From positions 87,358,001 to 87,422,000 of the forward strand of contig OX638151.1 in assembly GCA_951804945.1 (NCBI GenBank): a stretch of 64,000 nucleotides of DNA, in the 5' to 3' direction. The number at the start of each line of letters is the position of its first letter. Within the stretch, counting starts at the first letter, position 1. Shown here piece by piece: positions 23,839 through 36,205 of this stretch. Under the pieces are notes generated by a model. It saw only the letters and a list, made by a program, of their open reading frames with translations, ran no database searches and was not told where the DNA came from. The DNA comes from Podarcis cretensis. Its lineage: Eukaryota. Made by a program: the position numbers and the translations under genes.

Positions 23839-24843
23839 TGTTTGGACAGTCCTGATATCATAAAGCCGTTGACCAACATTGCACCAGGACACTTTCTAGC
23901 ATTCCTAAGAATGCATTCCAGTTCTCTTCCACTGAAGCACTCCAGTGGTAGGTCAGCATAAGAGATAGTAGTGTAGTGGGTTGATCAACTAATGGCAGAA
24001 ATGCTTTGCCCATTATAAAGGTCCAGGTACCTAGACTGCCCCCTTCTTCACACTGCTGGACTTCATAAACAGCTTGGCCAGCATCAGATGTAGATATCCC
24101 CAGTGTCTCCTTCCAGCTGGATTTATGTTACACTTCCTGATTCTTGTAGTTACCTGTTTGTGATGGTGAGTATTTGCTAATGGATTATGTTCTCCCTGAC
24201 TGCTACTGTGATGTTCCCTTCCAGAGACTTCCTTTGTGCTTTACTTCTTACTGCTTTGGCACCTCATTTGCCCCCCATTATGTCCAAACCAGGGAACTCA
24301 GACTAGGAAAATAAGTCAGGATCACACTGAAGTAGAGATGAGGGAAGGAATGCTAAAATCCAGCATTCATTTCCAGCTTACAAAGCCATGGTATATGAAA
24401 CATGGAACAATTGTCAAAACTAGGCTCAAGTGTCTTTTTAAAGTGGCCCATATTGATCCCAATGATTAAACAGAGCTTTCAGAAGATCTACAAAAGGTAA
24501 GGGTTTTTGTGTGTGAATTCTCCAGTCCTTTATACTGGGTCCAGAACTGGGCATATTCTCATTATCTGTGAGATAGAAGTAAACATTCCCAGACGATGAC
24601 AACCAAGTTTGTACCTGGTCAGAGGTTGAGATAATATTTCATTAAAATAGATTTGAGGTTAGTAAAACTATTTTACGACTCTAATGGACTGGACGACATT
24701 TAGATACTTGAGAAGTAACCTTTTCCACAGATTTACATTCTTAACTGAATGTAACCTACAAAAAATGGATTGACATGAAATTAGTGCAGAAGAAAGGTAA
24801 AAATAACATGACGAGTGTTAGTAAAATTGACATGAATATTTAC

Positions 24844-24873
24844 CTTTTGATGATGAGCTATAATTCTCTTGTT
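24844..24873 (-). CDS. RIMS1: RIMS1 30-nt alternative microexon (EQENYSSSSK), phase 1->1
   Basis: Long pyrimidine tract with UGC, acceptor ttgaag|AA, donor AAG|gtaaat, downstream UACUAAC at 24817-24823. Resembles an EQEKxNSSTK insert I recall from mammalian RIM1 isoforms. Confidence 0.78.
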
Positions 24874-25386
24874 CTTCAATGAATAAAATGCACGGAATGA
24901 TGGGAACAAAAGAAAGAAATCAGCAAATTTAAAGTTAGACAAAAAAGGTGTTATACATGAGAATGACAAACACTATAGGCTCTGTTGCAGCATGCATAAA
25001 ATTAATGTGGGGAACTTGGATGACAAGACCATGACAAATTATAAAGTCTGAGGCCAATAGAGAGCTAAGTATGGTCAAGTCCATTGGAATAAATTGCCTT
25101 AAGCCCACTTAACAACATGTTGGGTTGTGGCCTGTTCTTTTTTTAAGATAAACTTTAATATTGAAAAAATTAAAAGCTACATCTCTGTTGTACACAATGA
25201 GCACTTAAGAAAACAAGCAGTAGAAAAAGGGTTACTCATGTGAGGAGACATCTCTTCAACTGTTACTTTTTCACATATTTCATTTAAAAAGATTCACACA
25301 CAAAAAAAAAATTGTGCTGGGTGGAGCCTAAAACGTACATTGGAGCAAGTATTTTCTTTTTATCCATTCCCGATTAGAGTACTTAC

Positions 25387-25464
25387 ATACTGCACTTAAT
25401 CTGACCGGTATTAAAAAATACACGATTGTATCAGAAAGCACTCTCCAGCTCAGTCCAACAACAA
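25387..25464 (-). CDS. RIMS1: Candidate RIMS1 cassette exon (VVVGLSWRVLSDTIVYFLIPVRLSAV), 78 nt, phase 1->1
   Basis: Acceptor tttgctttag|TT, consensus donor T|gtaagt, open frame in the required phase. Confidence 0.5.
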
Positions 25465-26283
25465 CTAAAGCAAAGCTTGAATTGCAAACAACGGAAGAGC
25501 AGGATCACACACACAAAGAGTGAAGCACCTATGGGAGTATGTTAACAAAAGATTGAATGAATGAATAGCTACTGCATGACTTTTCAATGAGCAATTGTCA
25601 TATCATTTTCACAACGGTGACCATTAAAAGTAGCTTGCTTTATTAAATATTACTGAACACCTACTTTTCCTTTGAAAATACCCACTTTTATAAAATGCAG
25701 TGGCTGTAGGGTACCCCCCTCCCCTCTTCTTTCCTGGATGTCCCATGTAATCCAACAATAAGCACTGGCAACTTTAAAATAATTCAAGAGGTGTTTTAAA
25801 CAATGTAATAAGAAATAAATGAATAGGAAGTCCTTTCAATAAACGGGGGTTTACTATCTGAAACTAAACTGCAGAATGCCCAGATCAAATGGCTCACGAA
25901 ACAGTGCAAAATATTGCAGAATTGAACATCGCCTTACTTCCAGGTGGAGTTGTGATTTGTGTGATTTATTGTCACTGAACCAGGTTCAAATATTTTTTTA
26001 AGTGTAAATGACCAGAGCAGCATTTTCCGTTCACCTAGCAATCTATAACCACTGGTATTTGTGAAAGCAAATCCATCAAGCATCTCTTCTAGAAATCTCT
26101 ATTCATCTGAAGTCTGCTGGATAGCATGCTTTGTTGAATCAAACAAGAGCAGAACAAAGGAAAGTCTGAAAATTGAAATATTCTCATAAGCAGGAAGCGG
26201 TCAAGTGTCCTCAGTGAACTGCAATGCTAGTTCAAACATAGCTCAATTGCTGGCAAATGTTCTTCCCTAAGTATCACTTGCAC

Positions 26284-26294
26284 ATTATTATTAT

Positions 26295-26326
<32 letters not shown>

Positions 26327-26327
26327 T
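26284..26327. repeat. (TTA)(TAG)n microsatellite
   Basis: Read directly. Confidence 0.9.
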
Positions 26328-26747
26328 TGCAACAAACACAGCTATATGCATTGAATATAAAGCTTCATACTAAGAACAAGGAGCCATTTTTTACTTTGTT
26401 TTTAAACCGTTATAGCATGTTGGTGTAAAGGTGGCATGGCTGTGCTGAAAACTCAAGAGGTTTATAACTTTTTAGTTAAAAACTGTTGTAACAAGCTAGG
26501 TAAAGACCTTCATGATACAGCTTTATTTTTTATATACACAATATTATTGTAGAGGATAGTAGGGTGTTTGAAAGACAGTGGTAATGCACCTATTTGATTT
26601 TCAACCTTAAAATAATTCTGCCTGGCTAATTCCAGCAAAAGCAATGCAATTTAAATCCATATAAATGTGTTAAGGACTAAAGGCACTCCTATTATTATAG
26701 ATGGTAGTAATCTAGTCCCAGTGCATCAGTGGGCTCAGGCCAAGTAG

Positions 26748-26776
26748 ACACACACACACACACACACACACACACC
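26748..26776. repeat. (CA)n microsatellite
   Basis: Read directly. Confidence 0.9.
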
Positions 26777-29666
26777 TGTTGCTTTGTTTTAGAACTCTGA
26801 ACTCTATCTATATTCTGACATTTGAAAGCACACTTTATCTGCCATCTTTCCCCCACCTCCCTCTTTCAGACGTGTCCTTTCACATCCTCTCTTTTGGCCA
26901 CTCGCTTGCACTAATATACTCATTTCTCAAAAGACTGTTAGAGATACCGTACTATGCTACAAACTGGCAAGCAGGCACAAATGTTATACGGAACAATTAT
27001 ACTTTTGTTTTGTTTTGTTTACTACCGGTAAATATAATTAAGATACAGTCATCATTTCACTGGCAGCATTCCTTTTCCATGAAAACGATTAAGAGAGCCA
27101 ATTCTAGAATACTGACACTTGCTACAGTTTTTAGCTGAGTATTTTGTCTTTGCTTGTCTTTTTTATCCTGTATCTTAGGCATGTGGAAAACTTTATGCAA
27201 TAGAAGCATTTCACCAGAGTTTGTTCATTTTCAATTATACTGTAAGACTGATGTATCATTCTGTAATCACCTAAAGATATATTTCTCAACGAGCCCCTGC
27301 ATATTAGGCTAATTTGGTTAGGAAATGAAGTTGCCATGGGGTTAAGGCCTAATTAATTCAATTAAAACTTCTCCTTGACTTCAGCATGCATCAGCCTTCA
27401 TAATGCTAAATATATACCTTAGGCTTTCCTGAAACCCCTAAAGTCATTTCCGATATTTCTCGATGGGTTATATCCAACAAGCCATATCGAGAGTAAACCC
27501 ATTGAAATCTTTTTACTTAAACTGGCACTTGTTCATTAATTTCAATGGCTCTGCTCTGAGTGTGACTTAATTGGAGACACCCATTTATCTATACTTCCAC
27601 TATGCATGTGTATCTTTATTTCTAACAGATAAGATCAGAAACTGGCCAGATGTTTGATGTCCATTTCCCACTAGGGTGATTGTGTAGACATTATCCTTTA
27701 TCCACAGGAAATAAAATCTGGACTTCCTGTATTTTTTACATTGAGATCAGTTCTTCTTTGGGATCTCATCACTGCTGCCAAGTCAGAGAATTGCACTGCA
27801 GAGGGATTTAACGTTTGGACAAAACTCCTCCTATGCCAGTTTTTACATTTCCAGTTGAGTTAACGACAAATTGAAAAGAACAACAAATGGCAGGATTTGG
27901 CTGAACATATGAAACACTTAAAAAAAGAAAAAAACGCTGTTCAAGGTAACAATGAAAATAGCAAGACTTTCATACTTTAACAATTTATTCTATCCCTGCA
28001 GAAATAACCCTCAGTGTTTTCCTAGTCAAAACCCTGTATGCCTAGTGGGCAAAGAGGGCAAATTGGAAATGCACAAGACAGATGCACAGACCCACCCTTG
28101 GTTATGGCCAGCTGTGAAGGAACTTCCAAAGGAATGGCACCTTTTATCAAAACAAGTGTGTCCCTTTAACAGCAACAGATTAAAAGTTCCAGCCAGAAAA
28201 TCTTCACCCAGAGTCATCATGTTAATTTTTTTAACAACATAAAGCATATACAAGAAGTGATATAAAGTACAAGTGTAAGAGCACCTATTTAAGGAAATGC
28301 CCACAGCATTGTTTTTTGTTTTGTTTTCGACATTGCTGCAGCCATTCTAGTTTTCCACTCTTGTGGTTTGAAACGGAGACCGGTTGATCAGATTACAAAA
28401 TCCTATAAGCATCATTTGAACTGAAATAGTATAGTACATAGTATAGTTTTCCAGTAATAAGAAATTCTTTACACTCAGGGGGAAAACACACAAACATTAT
28501 ACCTCATCTGTTTTCTTATTACGTGCCAACAAAGAAATAATATGCAAATATCCACAAAACTCTCTCCTCTTTGTACAGCCATCCTATAATTGACAGTTTG
28601 AGATCATGCAACCTGTTGAACTGCAATGTAGTTTTGTAGCAAGTTGTTGAACCAATGAGACTTTAATTCATGGTGACATGATATAGAACAGCAGATACAT
28701 TACACATCAAAACCACGTGCAGAAAGGAGCAAATATCCAAGTGAAAATGAATGTATGGAATGGGAAACCACTTTGACATACTCTCTACTCTTCAATGATG
28801 GCTGTCATTCATTAGGAAACTCACATCTATATGATGCATGTATTGGCAAAGAATGAACATTTGAACCATCTCATTCTCAATACATATTCATATCTACAAG
28901 GATGCATGACATCAATTTGCTATAGAGAAAGAAAACCTTCAATGTTTTGCCCTTTCAGTTCTGAACTGCACCATGTAATTAAAATACGAAAACGCTAAAT
29001 AAGTTTCACATGATCTCTAATGTAAACCTAGATATCTGTGATTTCAGAAATGTAAGCAGGTGATTCCATCCCCACCACAGCCCAGTAATCCAGTAATTAA
29101 ACTGTTGTAAATATGATGAAGAAACAAAGCTATTAGTACAAGCTAGATAGCAGATGCTGCAATATCTCTCAGCCATCTGTCTCAAATTTTCTCTAAATGT
29201 GTTGCTGATGGCTTCATTTGTGTTTTCCTAAGTAGTACATTAATTTCCCCCAACTTTTGCTTTTAACTTTTGACATGCTCAGAAAGGGATATTGTTTGCA
29301 TTGTTCACATTTCTGTCAGCAAATTGCAATCAATTAGCATTAGGAAGACAGCAAAATTAATGAAACATGAATAAACAGAGTGGGTTATTCTCCGCCACCT
29401 TAATCTGCCCCCTTGCCAAGAACCCAGCTTTAAAAGTACATACATCGCTAGAAAACATGAAACAGACTTTTTGAAACAATGCAATAATCAATTGCACACC
29501 CCTAGTTTGCAATCCACTTTTATAAGAATGTACTTGTTAATCAGCAGAAAGCAATAAAGCATTGAAGACTCTATTTACAAAAAGAAAAAGCAAGATGGTT
29601 TTGCAGCACAGGAAGAGGAAGGAAAACAAACCCAAGATTTTAAACTGTAAGCTTGTTATTTGATAC

Positions 29667-29779
29667 CTTGCTCTATACTGCCGCTTCTGATAGGAACTTG
29701 TGGAAGCTGTCTCCCCCTACGGCTGCTGAAGGGTGTGTCTGCTGGAGACGACTGCATGGGACTTCCTGGTTGGTGCATT
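29667..29779 (-). CDS. RIMS1: RIMS1 exon carrying the RIM-BP SH3-binding motif RQLPQVP (R-MHQPGSPMQSSPADTPFSSRRGRQLPQVPIRSGSIEQ), 113 nt, phase 2->1
   Basis: Acceptor cctgcag|A, donor G|gtatca. RQLPQVP is the established RIM-BP ligand of RIM proteins. Confidence 0.96.
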
Positions 29780-30163
29780 CTGCAGGCAAAATTAAGATTA
29801 AATGGGATGGTGTAACAAACATCTGAACCAAAGATATATTACAAGCACCAAGGCTAAATACTTTTGTTAAAATGATGGAGAGGAAGTACCTTACTTTGCA
29901 ATGATGCCATAAGCTATTAGTATCTGTTCAATTCAGAAAACATTCATTTTTAGCCTGCTTAAGTGTGTGTAAAACTCAAAAGGCCTTTTCAATTAGCTCA
30001 CTTTGATGTGGCAGACTAGAAGAAAGTTACTTAGCTACAGAGGCAATTAATCACCAATCTGGAACTGGTGAAATCACCAACTCCATTTTGAATTTGGATT
30101 CAAATACTGTAGGCTACTCCATTTGGAAAGCTATGGATAACAAGGGTTGAGAAAAAAACCATG

Positions 30164-30167
<4 letters not shown>

Positions 30168-30203
<36 letters not shown>
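30168..30203. repeat. (CA)n microsatellite
   Basis: Read directly. Confidence 0.9.
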
Positions 30204-30205
<2 letters not shown>

Positions 30206-31351
30206 TAGGTTAGCTATATATATTTTACATCTACAGGCTTTCCATAGTTTTCATTCTTTAAAGCACAACTACTGAATAATACAATTGACAGTGTACATCT
30301 GGTAGTAAAAATGTCGTAAAGTACTTCCAAAAGAATTTAATCTTCTATCCAGCCTGCATTCTTTTTCCAGATACATTACCAGTATAAAGCTACGTACTAA
30401 AGCAATTTCACAGAAGTAGAGGATTATTATACAGGAAAGGGGACAGTTGCAAATCAAGAGTCAGAGTATGTTCACACATCATCAGCTATGTAATCCCTAT
30501 GAATATGAGTTTAGGATTTTCTTTTTGTTTTGTATGTATCTTCTCTCTCATTTCTCTGTATCCTCATTTGACACCATGGCTAGCTGATCAAATTGGTATT
30601 GTTTTTCCTGGTGCAGCACTTCCAGGAAACTTTACAAATACCATGAAGGGCTTGAAGAATAACAGATTATATCACTGGATGAGAAATGGTTTAAGATAAA
30701 CTTATGAAGCATCACTGAAGCTGGGACAAGTCAACCATAACTATTATTTGCTTCTCGTAAGCTTGGGGTGGGGAATTTTCCATTCACTGTTTTCTCTATA
30801 CAATACTTTCATCATACCAGTTCTAAGTTCAGGACCCAATCTGTTCATAATCACGTCTCTGGGTTTGCTGGGACTTATTTCCTGTCTATTTAGCCTCTCT
30901 ATACAATGTACAGTGTGCACAATACCCATATGATAATAACAAAGCCCAATTTCCCTTTCCATACCTAGTATGAAGAAAACGTGTGATGTGAGAACACACC
31001 CTTTGTTATATGAATAGGCTTTTGCATTATGTAGCACATTTCTGAAAAATGAAAAATATTCTGAAAGCTTTCGTATGAATGCATAACACAACAAAACAAT
31101 GGGAAGACAAAACAGAGGCTGATTTTCACCATTGTGATAAAGCTTGTTGGTATGACTGTAAACAATCCAGATAGGGGAGATAGGACTTGAGCGGAGAATA
31201 TGAGAAAAGTGTAGATATTATGGCGGGGGAAACAGATTGCACTGGAGTGCCAGAATGAGTGGATGCACTGCATGTACTCCAGAAAGTACACCACCACATT
31301 TACATCTGGGAGGCAGGAAACAAAATGCTGTGCTGTACATTTAATAGCAAC

Positions 31352-31534
31352 CTTGTCAGAAGTGGAGAAGGTGGTGCAGACCCTCCAGGAACTAGGTGAT
31401 GTACAGAACATAAGGGTCTGATACTAGAATGCTCACTCGACCTTGAGCGAGTGTGATGCTTTCCCCTAGTAATGACTGGCTGATCACTGATTCTTGGGGG
31501 TGGCAGTCCCCTTCTAGAACATGGCAGTAGAACC
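31352..31534 (-). CDS. RIMS1: RIMS1 cassette exon (R-VLLPCSRRGLPPPRISDQPVITRGKHHTRSRSSEHSSIRPLCSVHHLVPGGSAPPSPLLT), 183 nt, phase 2->2
   Basis: Acceptor gttttag|G, donor AG|gttgct. Matches the recalled RSRSSEHSSIR...GGSAPPSPLLT exon. Confidence 0.93.
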
Positions 31535-31814
31535 CTAAAACATTAGGGCCAAAAAAATTGGATTCAGTCATTAGCTGCATATAAGGTTAACACAGAGAGA
31601 GAGACACACCAAATCACCACCAGTATCTGTAGCTGCAAATCCATGATTTTCAGTAACATTCATTATTCGTTATCTTCATAAATCTGGTTAGTAAATGATC
31701 AAACAGCAAGTTTATCCCTCACTACACAGTAATACACAATCTGGAGCTACGAATCTGAAAAAATGATGAGATAGTTACTTGCAGTTCTAAGACCAAACTT
31801 CTTCCCAGTTTTTT

Positions 31815-32097
31815 TAAAAGACACCCAAACTCAGGATGCAAGGGAGAAACGTGCTAAGAGGGAGAAATGTGCACGCTTGGGAAATCCACACCATGATCAA
31901 TTCCTGCCCAGAAACCAATGTCCCTATTATGGAAGGACGTGTGGTTCCAGAATTGGCCTCCACAGTCACTTACGGACTCATTGTTAAAACCGTGTTTATA
32001 GAAGACGATCTTACTCGGCTACGAGTGATCACCAAAGAAGAAGAAGAAGAAGAAGAAGAAGAAGAAGAAGAAGAAGAAGAAGAAGAAGAAGAAGAAG
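31815..32097 (+). mobile_element. 5'-truncated RTE-clade LINE with C-terminal Zn-finger-like motif and (GAA)n tail
   Basis: A + frame reads ...QDAREKRAKREKCARLGNPHHDQFLPRNQCPYYGRTCGSRIGLHSHLRTHC* (stop 31985-87). A short 3' UTR and about 20 GAA units follow. Confidence 0.75.
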
Positions 32098-32131
32098 GTT
32101 GCCACTTAAAAGCTCCTCATGCACTTACACT

Positions 32132-32264
32132 TAGTGCTTTTTTTCCTAGAAAAATAGGTACCAGTACTCACCATTAAGTTGTTACAGTAAGTGTCAAACT
32201 TTTTAACAACAAAAAAGAGGTGCCAGTACTGCATACCCTTGAGTAACCCCTGAAAAAAGCACTG
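32132..32264. mobile_element. hAT-type MITE (AGTGCTTTTTT TIR family)
   Basis: Ends TAGTGCTTTTTT and AAAAAAGCACTG. TSD is degenerate. Termini match 50964-51110. Confidence 0.6.
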
Positions 32265-33672
32265 TTCATACTCATTTGCAAGATAGCAACACCATGGACC
32301 AAGAGAGTTACCATGCTTCTACAACTGTGGAGAAGCAAAACATATGGTAACATTTCATGGCATGGTTAGAGCATACAGGTGAATCTGTTTGGGTCTCTCC
32401 CCCACCCTCCTTTTTCTTTCTTTATTATGTTCTATCTTCATGGAATTAGAAGTAACCTGTGGCATAGTTATTAAGTGTCCAACTGTGTGGGAAGTAGCTG
32501 TCTATTTTCACCCATAGCCATATCCTTATTGTGTGAGAGACCAAGCATCCAATGCTCAAAGAATTCTAACATTTGGGAGATGACTTTCCCCCCATTACAA
32601 TGTAACAGTGATGGGAGAAACTCTCCCAATGGAATGTATAGCACTATACCTTATTATTTTACTAGGTTACTTGTTAGCCAGCTCTGTGAAATAGCTTTAT
32701 TACATCAAAGCCACCCAGTTGCATGATTGTGGCAATAAGCCTACAAAAGAGTACATGAAAGCAGTGAGACCTTTGCGGGGAGGTTCAAGTCTGCTGTCTA
32801 ACCCCAATGGGGTGCTTTGTAAGGCCAGCAGTAAAATATATAATATGAGTAACAAACATTATAGATTTCATTATGTTCCCTGCACTAATGCTTTACTTCC
32901 AGCAGGTGGCTCATATATTCTAGGCAAAATTATAGCCAATGCTAAGTGATGGTTAGGCTAAATTGCCAATTGCTTGGCAATCGGTTGATTGGGGGGGGGG
33001 GGTTCCATGATTGCTGTTCATGTGGGTAAGAGTCAGAGTTTGCTGTATTTATATCTGCCCTGACAGCACTTTTCATGAAGCACAGTACATTCACACATAC
33101 AGAGATGGCTCTCATAAAAAAAAACCCTCCCCATATGGCCAGTGTATGCTGTGGGTATTTGTAAAACTTGCAATTCCTTATCCAAGATGAAGGCTCATGA
33201 CCTACAGTGACTTGAAAAGCCTGAAGCGTCAAACACTCTCTGACAGGGCGGGAAGAAAGGACATTTATTGACAACCCTGCTGAACTTTTTAGATTCAAGC
33301 CTTAAATGTTTGGGAATTTTAGAACTGGCATTTATGTAACAGGAAGTGAAACAACGTATTTATATTGACAAGATACGACACTCCTGTTGTTGCCATTTAC
33401 AGATTTTATTACCGGAAATCTTAAAAGGTTTTAATAAGGCAAATAAATAAATAAATAAGCAAGCAAGCAAGCAAAGTGTTCTTATAGCACCGTCTTGCAA
33501 ATACACTTTAAAATAAACAAGAGCTGAATGCACCTGAGATCTTGGAAATCAATAGGCTTTTCTGTGCATAACTCCCTGTCGTAAATTGTGTCGTAAATGT
33601 GAATATAAATAAATAAAAAAGACTAACTGGTAGGTCACTTGGAGGAGTCCAAGATGGGAAGATAAGCTGATA

Positions 33673-33751
33673 CTAAGAATATAAAAAGAGCCTGCTGGGT
33701 CAGGCCAATGGCCCATCAAGGCCCGCATCCTGTTCTCACAGTGGCCAACCT
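33673..33751 (-). mobile_element. CR1-like 3' end fragment
   Basis: AGAGCCTGCTGGGTCAGGCC...TTCTCACAGTGGCCAA, shared with 58915-59060. Confidence 0.6.
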
Positions 33752-35063
33752 TACTGACCCTACCAGATGTAACTGGAGCACTTTGATGCATGTGGGGTGG
33801 AGGAACCCCTCCCACCAAACCTTATCACGTATGGTCATATAAATGCTTCAAAACAATCCCTCTTTAACCTCCACAGGCAAACCTGTCGTTTGCCAGCTGG
33901 GACCTGTTCCCTGCCTCTGGGCTAAAAACATTCATTCTGAAAAAGTACTTCCAAAAGTAAGTGTCTGGAGTAAGGTAGAGTTGCCACATGTCCAGATTTT
34001 CCTGGAGATGTCCTCTTTTTCAGGGTTAAAATTTCTGTCGGGGAGGATTTTTAAAATTTGGCAAAATGTCCGGGTTTGGGACTGAAGCAGCTAATTGCTG
34101 AGTGCCCTCCCTCATTTACATATGCAGCCCGAGTCTGCTGGAGCCGGACCAATCCGCACTTGTCCCCATGCATTATTCACAATCATAATTACTGAGCCCC
34201 ATGTGCAAGGTGTGCAGCCACCAAAGCACGCCGGGTACCCAGCACAGCCCCCCCGCATCCCCCGCCACTACTTGGGCTGCTTGCTCCGGCGCTTCGTGAG
34301 CTGGTCACCAGGGAGGGGGAGTTGTTGGCACTGCTCTAATTTACTGGTGCCAAAATCAGGAGGAAGGGGTGGTTCGCTAGCCGCCACCAACTTGACTTTT
34401 CCCATGCCACCAAGTCCTCTTCCTCCTCCCCCAACCTACCTAATAGCCCCCCCTCCAGTGCTCCACCTCTCACCAATGTCTCTGCAAAAAGTAGGCACCA
34501 GAAGATGCCTCAGTTAGCAGCATGTCTCAGTGATAGCAAGCCAAGCCCTAGCATCTCAGATCAGATGAGGAGAGTAGAAATGATCCCTTTGGGGAGGGAG
34601 GAGGCAGAAACTCAGTTCATTAAGAAAAGTTAAGCCACTCAGCCCAAGTTTCTTCTGGCTTTCCTCTCTTACACACACATCTTCCCTCCCTTCCCACAAA
34701 GCCCTTTCTGGCCCTGTTGTGTGTGCTCGGCCACTTGAATTATATCTGGACTTCAGAGGCATTGACAGTAATGTTTAGCTTTTAAAAAGAGTAACAACAG
34801 AAAGAACTACAGTAGATCTCCTCTTAATGTACTAGTCAATCAAGTCTTTGAACAAATCCATACCCCGAATGATATACTCTCAATTAATTCCTATTTGAAT
34901 GAACTTCACACTTCAGAAAGTAAAGCTCTGGCCTGTGATGCAAGAACTCTGACATATGTATGGAGTCAGAATGCCTTCCCCATGCATTGTAACTGCAATG
35001 CATTGCTTTTAAAAAATTGCTTAAAAAAATTGGCTGGCACCTTCAACTGAATTGAGCATGGAT

Positions 35064-35065
<2 letters not shown>

Positions 35066-35107
<42 letters not shown>
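35066..35107. repeat. (TA)n microsatellite
   Basis: Read directly. Confidence 0.9.
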
Positions 35108-35109
<2 letters not shown>

Positions 35110-35794
35110 AAGAGTTTTTATATGTTCTTTTAAACAAAGGGTAAGGAAGAAACAGAAGCCATGCAGCAGTACAGTTAGTGGACAATGAAACAGAAATTTA
35201 AATGTTTTTAAAGGAACATTTATTAACATTTGTACTTCATGTTATATCAATAGCTCATATTGTGCTAAGCACACAGGGTATGAAAGGAGCATATACAAAC
35301 CCTGTTGCAAAAATTCTTTTGCACATTATATTGCATTGTGGCTACTTTGCAGCAGCAGAAAGCACATGTGTCCACATGTCAAGGAATATCCAATTTTTGC
35401 TGTTTGCCCTCACCATATGCTAAACTGTTATGGAGGGTTCTCCAACCATAGGGAGAAGCTTTGGGTGGTTGGGGTAGGGGTGGGATAGTCACTAAGACAC
35501 ACAAGGGATCTAAGAAAAGTGTTGTACACTCGCATAAAACAACACATTGGATGCAACACACTATTATAATTTGATGCTCCTTGTTAAGCTTCCTACTGTC
35601 TCCTTCACCCATTTTTCTCATCTATTTATTGCTACTTTCTGAAAGTAGTATATAAAATGTTACAGGTGCAAAATATCTGGGTGATGGGGAGGGTTTTTAT
35701 TTTGACTTCTCACCCTCTGCATCAAGAGTGAAGGTTCTTCAGGGGCTAAGGCTCAGAAGCTCAGAGCCTCATTGGCTGGCCATACAATGATAGT

Positions 35795-35948
35795 ATAGAA
35801 TCACAGTGTAGAATCACAGGTTGAAAGGTACCTGGAGGATCAATTTAGTCCAATCCCCTGCAATGCAGGAATATCCAGCTGTCCCTTATGGGTACTGAAT
35901 CTGCAACCCTGGCATTCTCAGCATCATGCTCTAGCAAACTGAGCTACC
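35795..35948 (-). mobile_element. tRNA-derived SINE with CR1-like tail
   Basis: Minus strand begins TAGCTCAGTTTGCTAGAGCATGATGCTGA (tRNA-like head) and ends in (TGATTCTA)n. Confidence 0.6.
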
Positions 35949-36133
35949 TGCTGCCATAGAGATGTCCTTTGCCAGTTGTCCTTCAGGATCTAGCCCTCTA
36001 GCACAAATACTGGAAACAACCCAATAGGTTTTTCAACTTATCTGCAGCAGAATATTTACTTGTGGTTTTTTGTCAGATTCTCAGCATACGAAGTCACGGC
36101 ATGTGAGCAATTCCAGTAGCCCATCAGTCCTAC

Positions 36134-36205
36134 CTTTCTGTTTCAGACGCAGAGCCTTTCCTAGTCTGTTTTTGGGTGCTATATCTTTCCACCTTTCTGG
36201 GATGC
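36134..36205 (-). CDS. RIMS1: RIMS1 cassette exon (R-HPRKVERYSTQKQTRKGSASETE), 72 nt, phase 2->2
   Basis: Acceptor tttcacag|G, donor AG|gtagga. Similar to recalled HSRKSERSSIQKQTRKGTASDAE. Confidence 0.92.

Noticed and set aside
31836-32177. 113-aa ORF with a poly-Glu run
   Set aside because: The Glu run is the (GAA)n tail of an RTE LINE. The meaningful frame is a different one.
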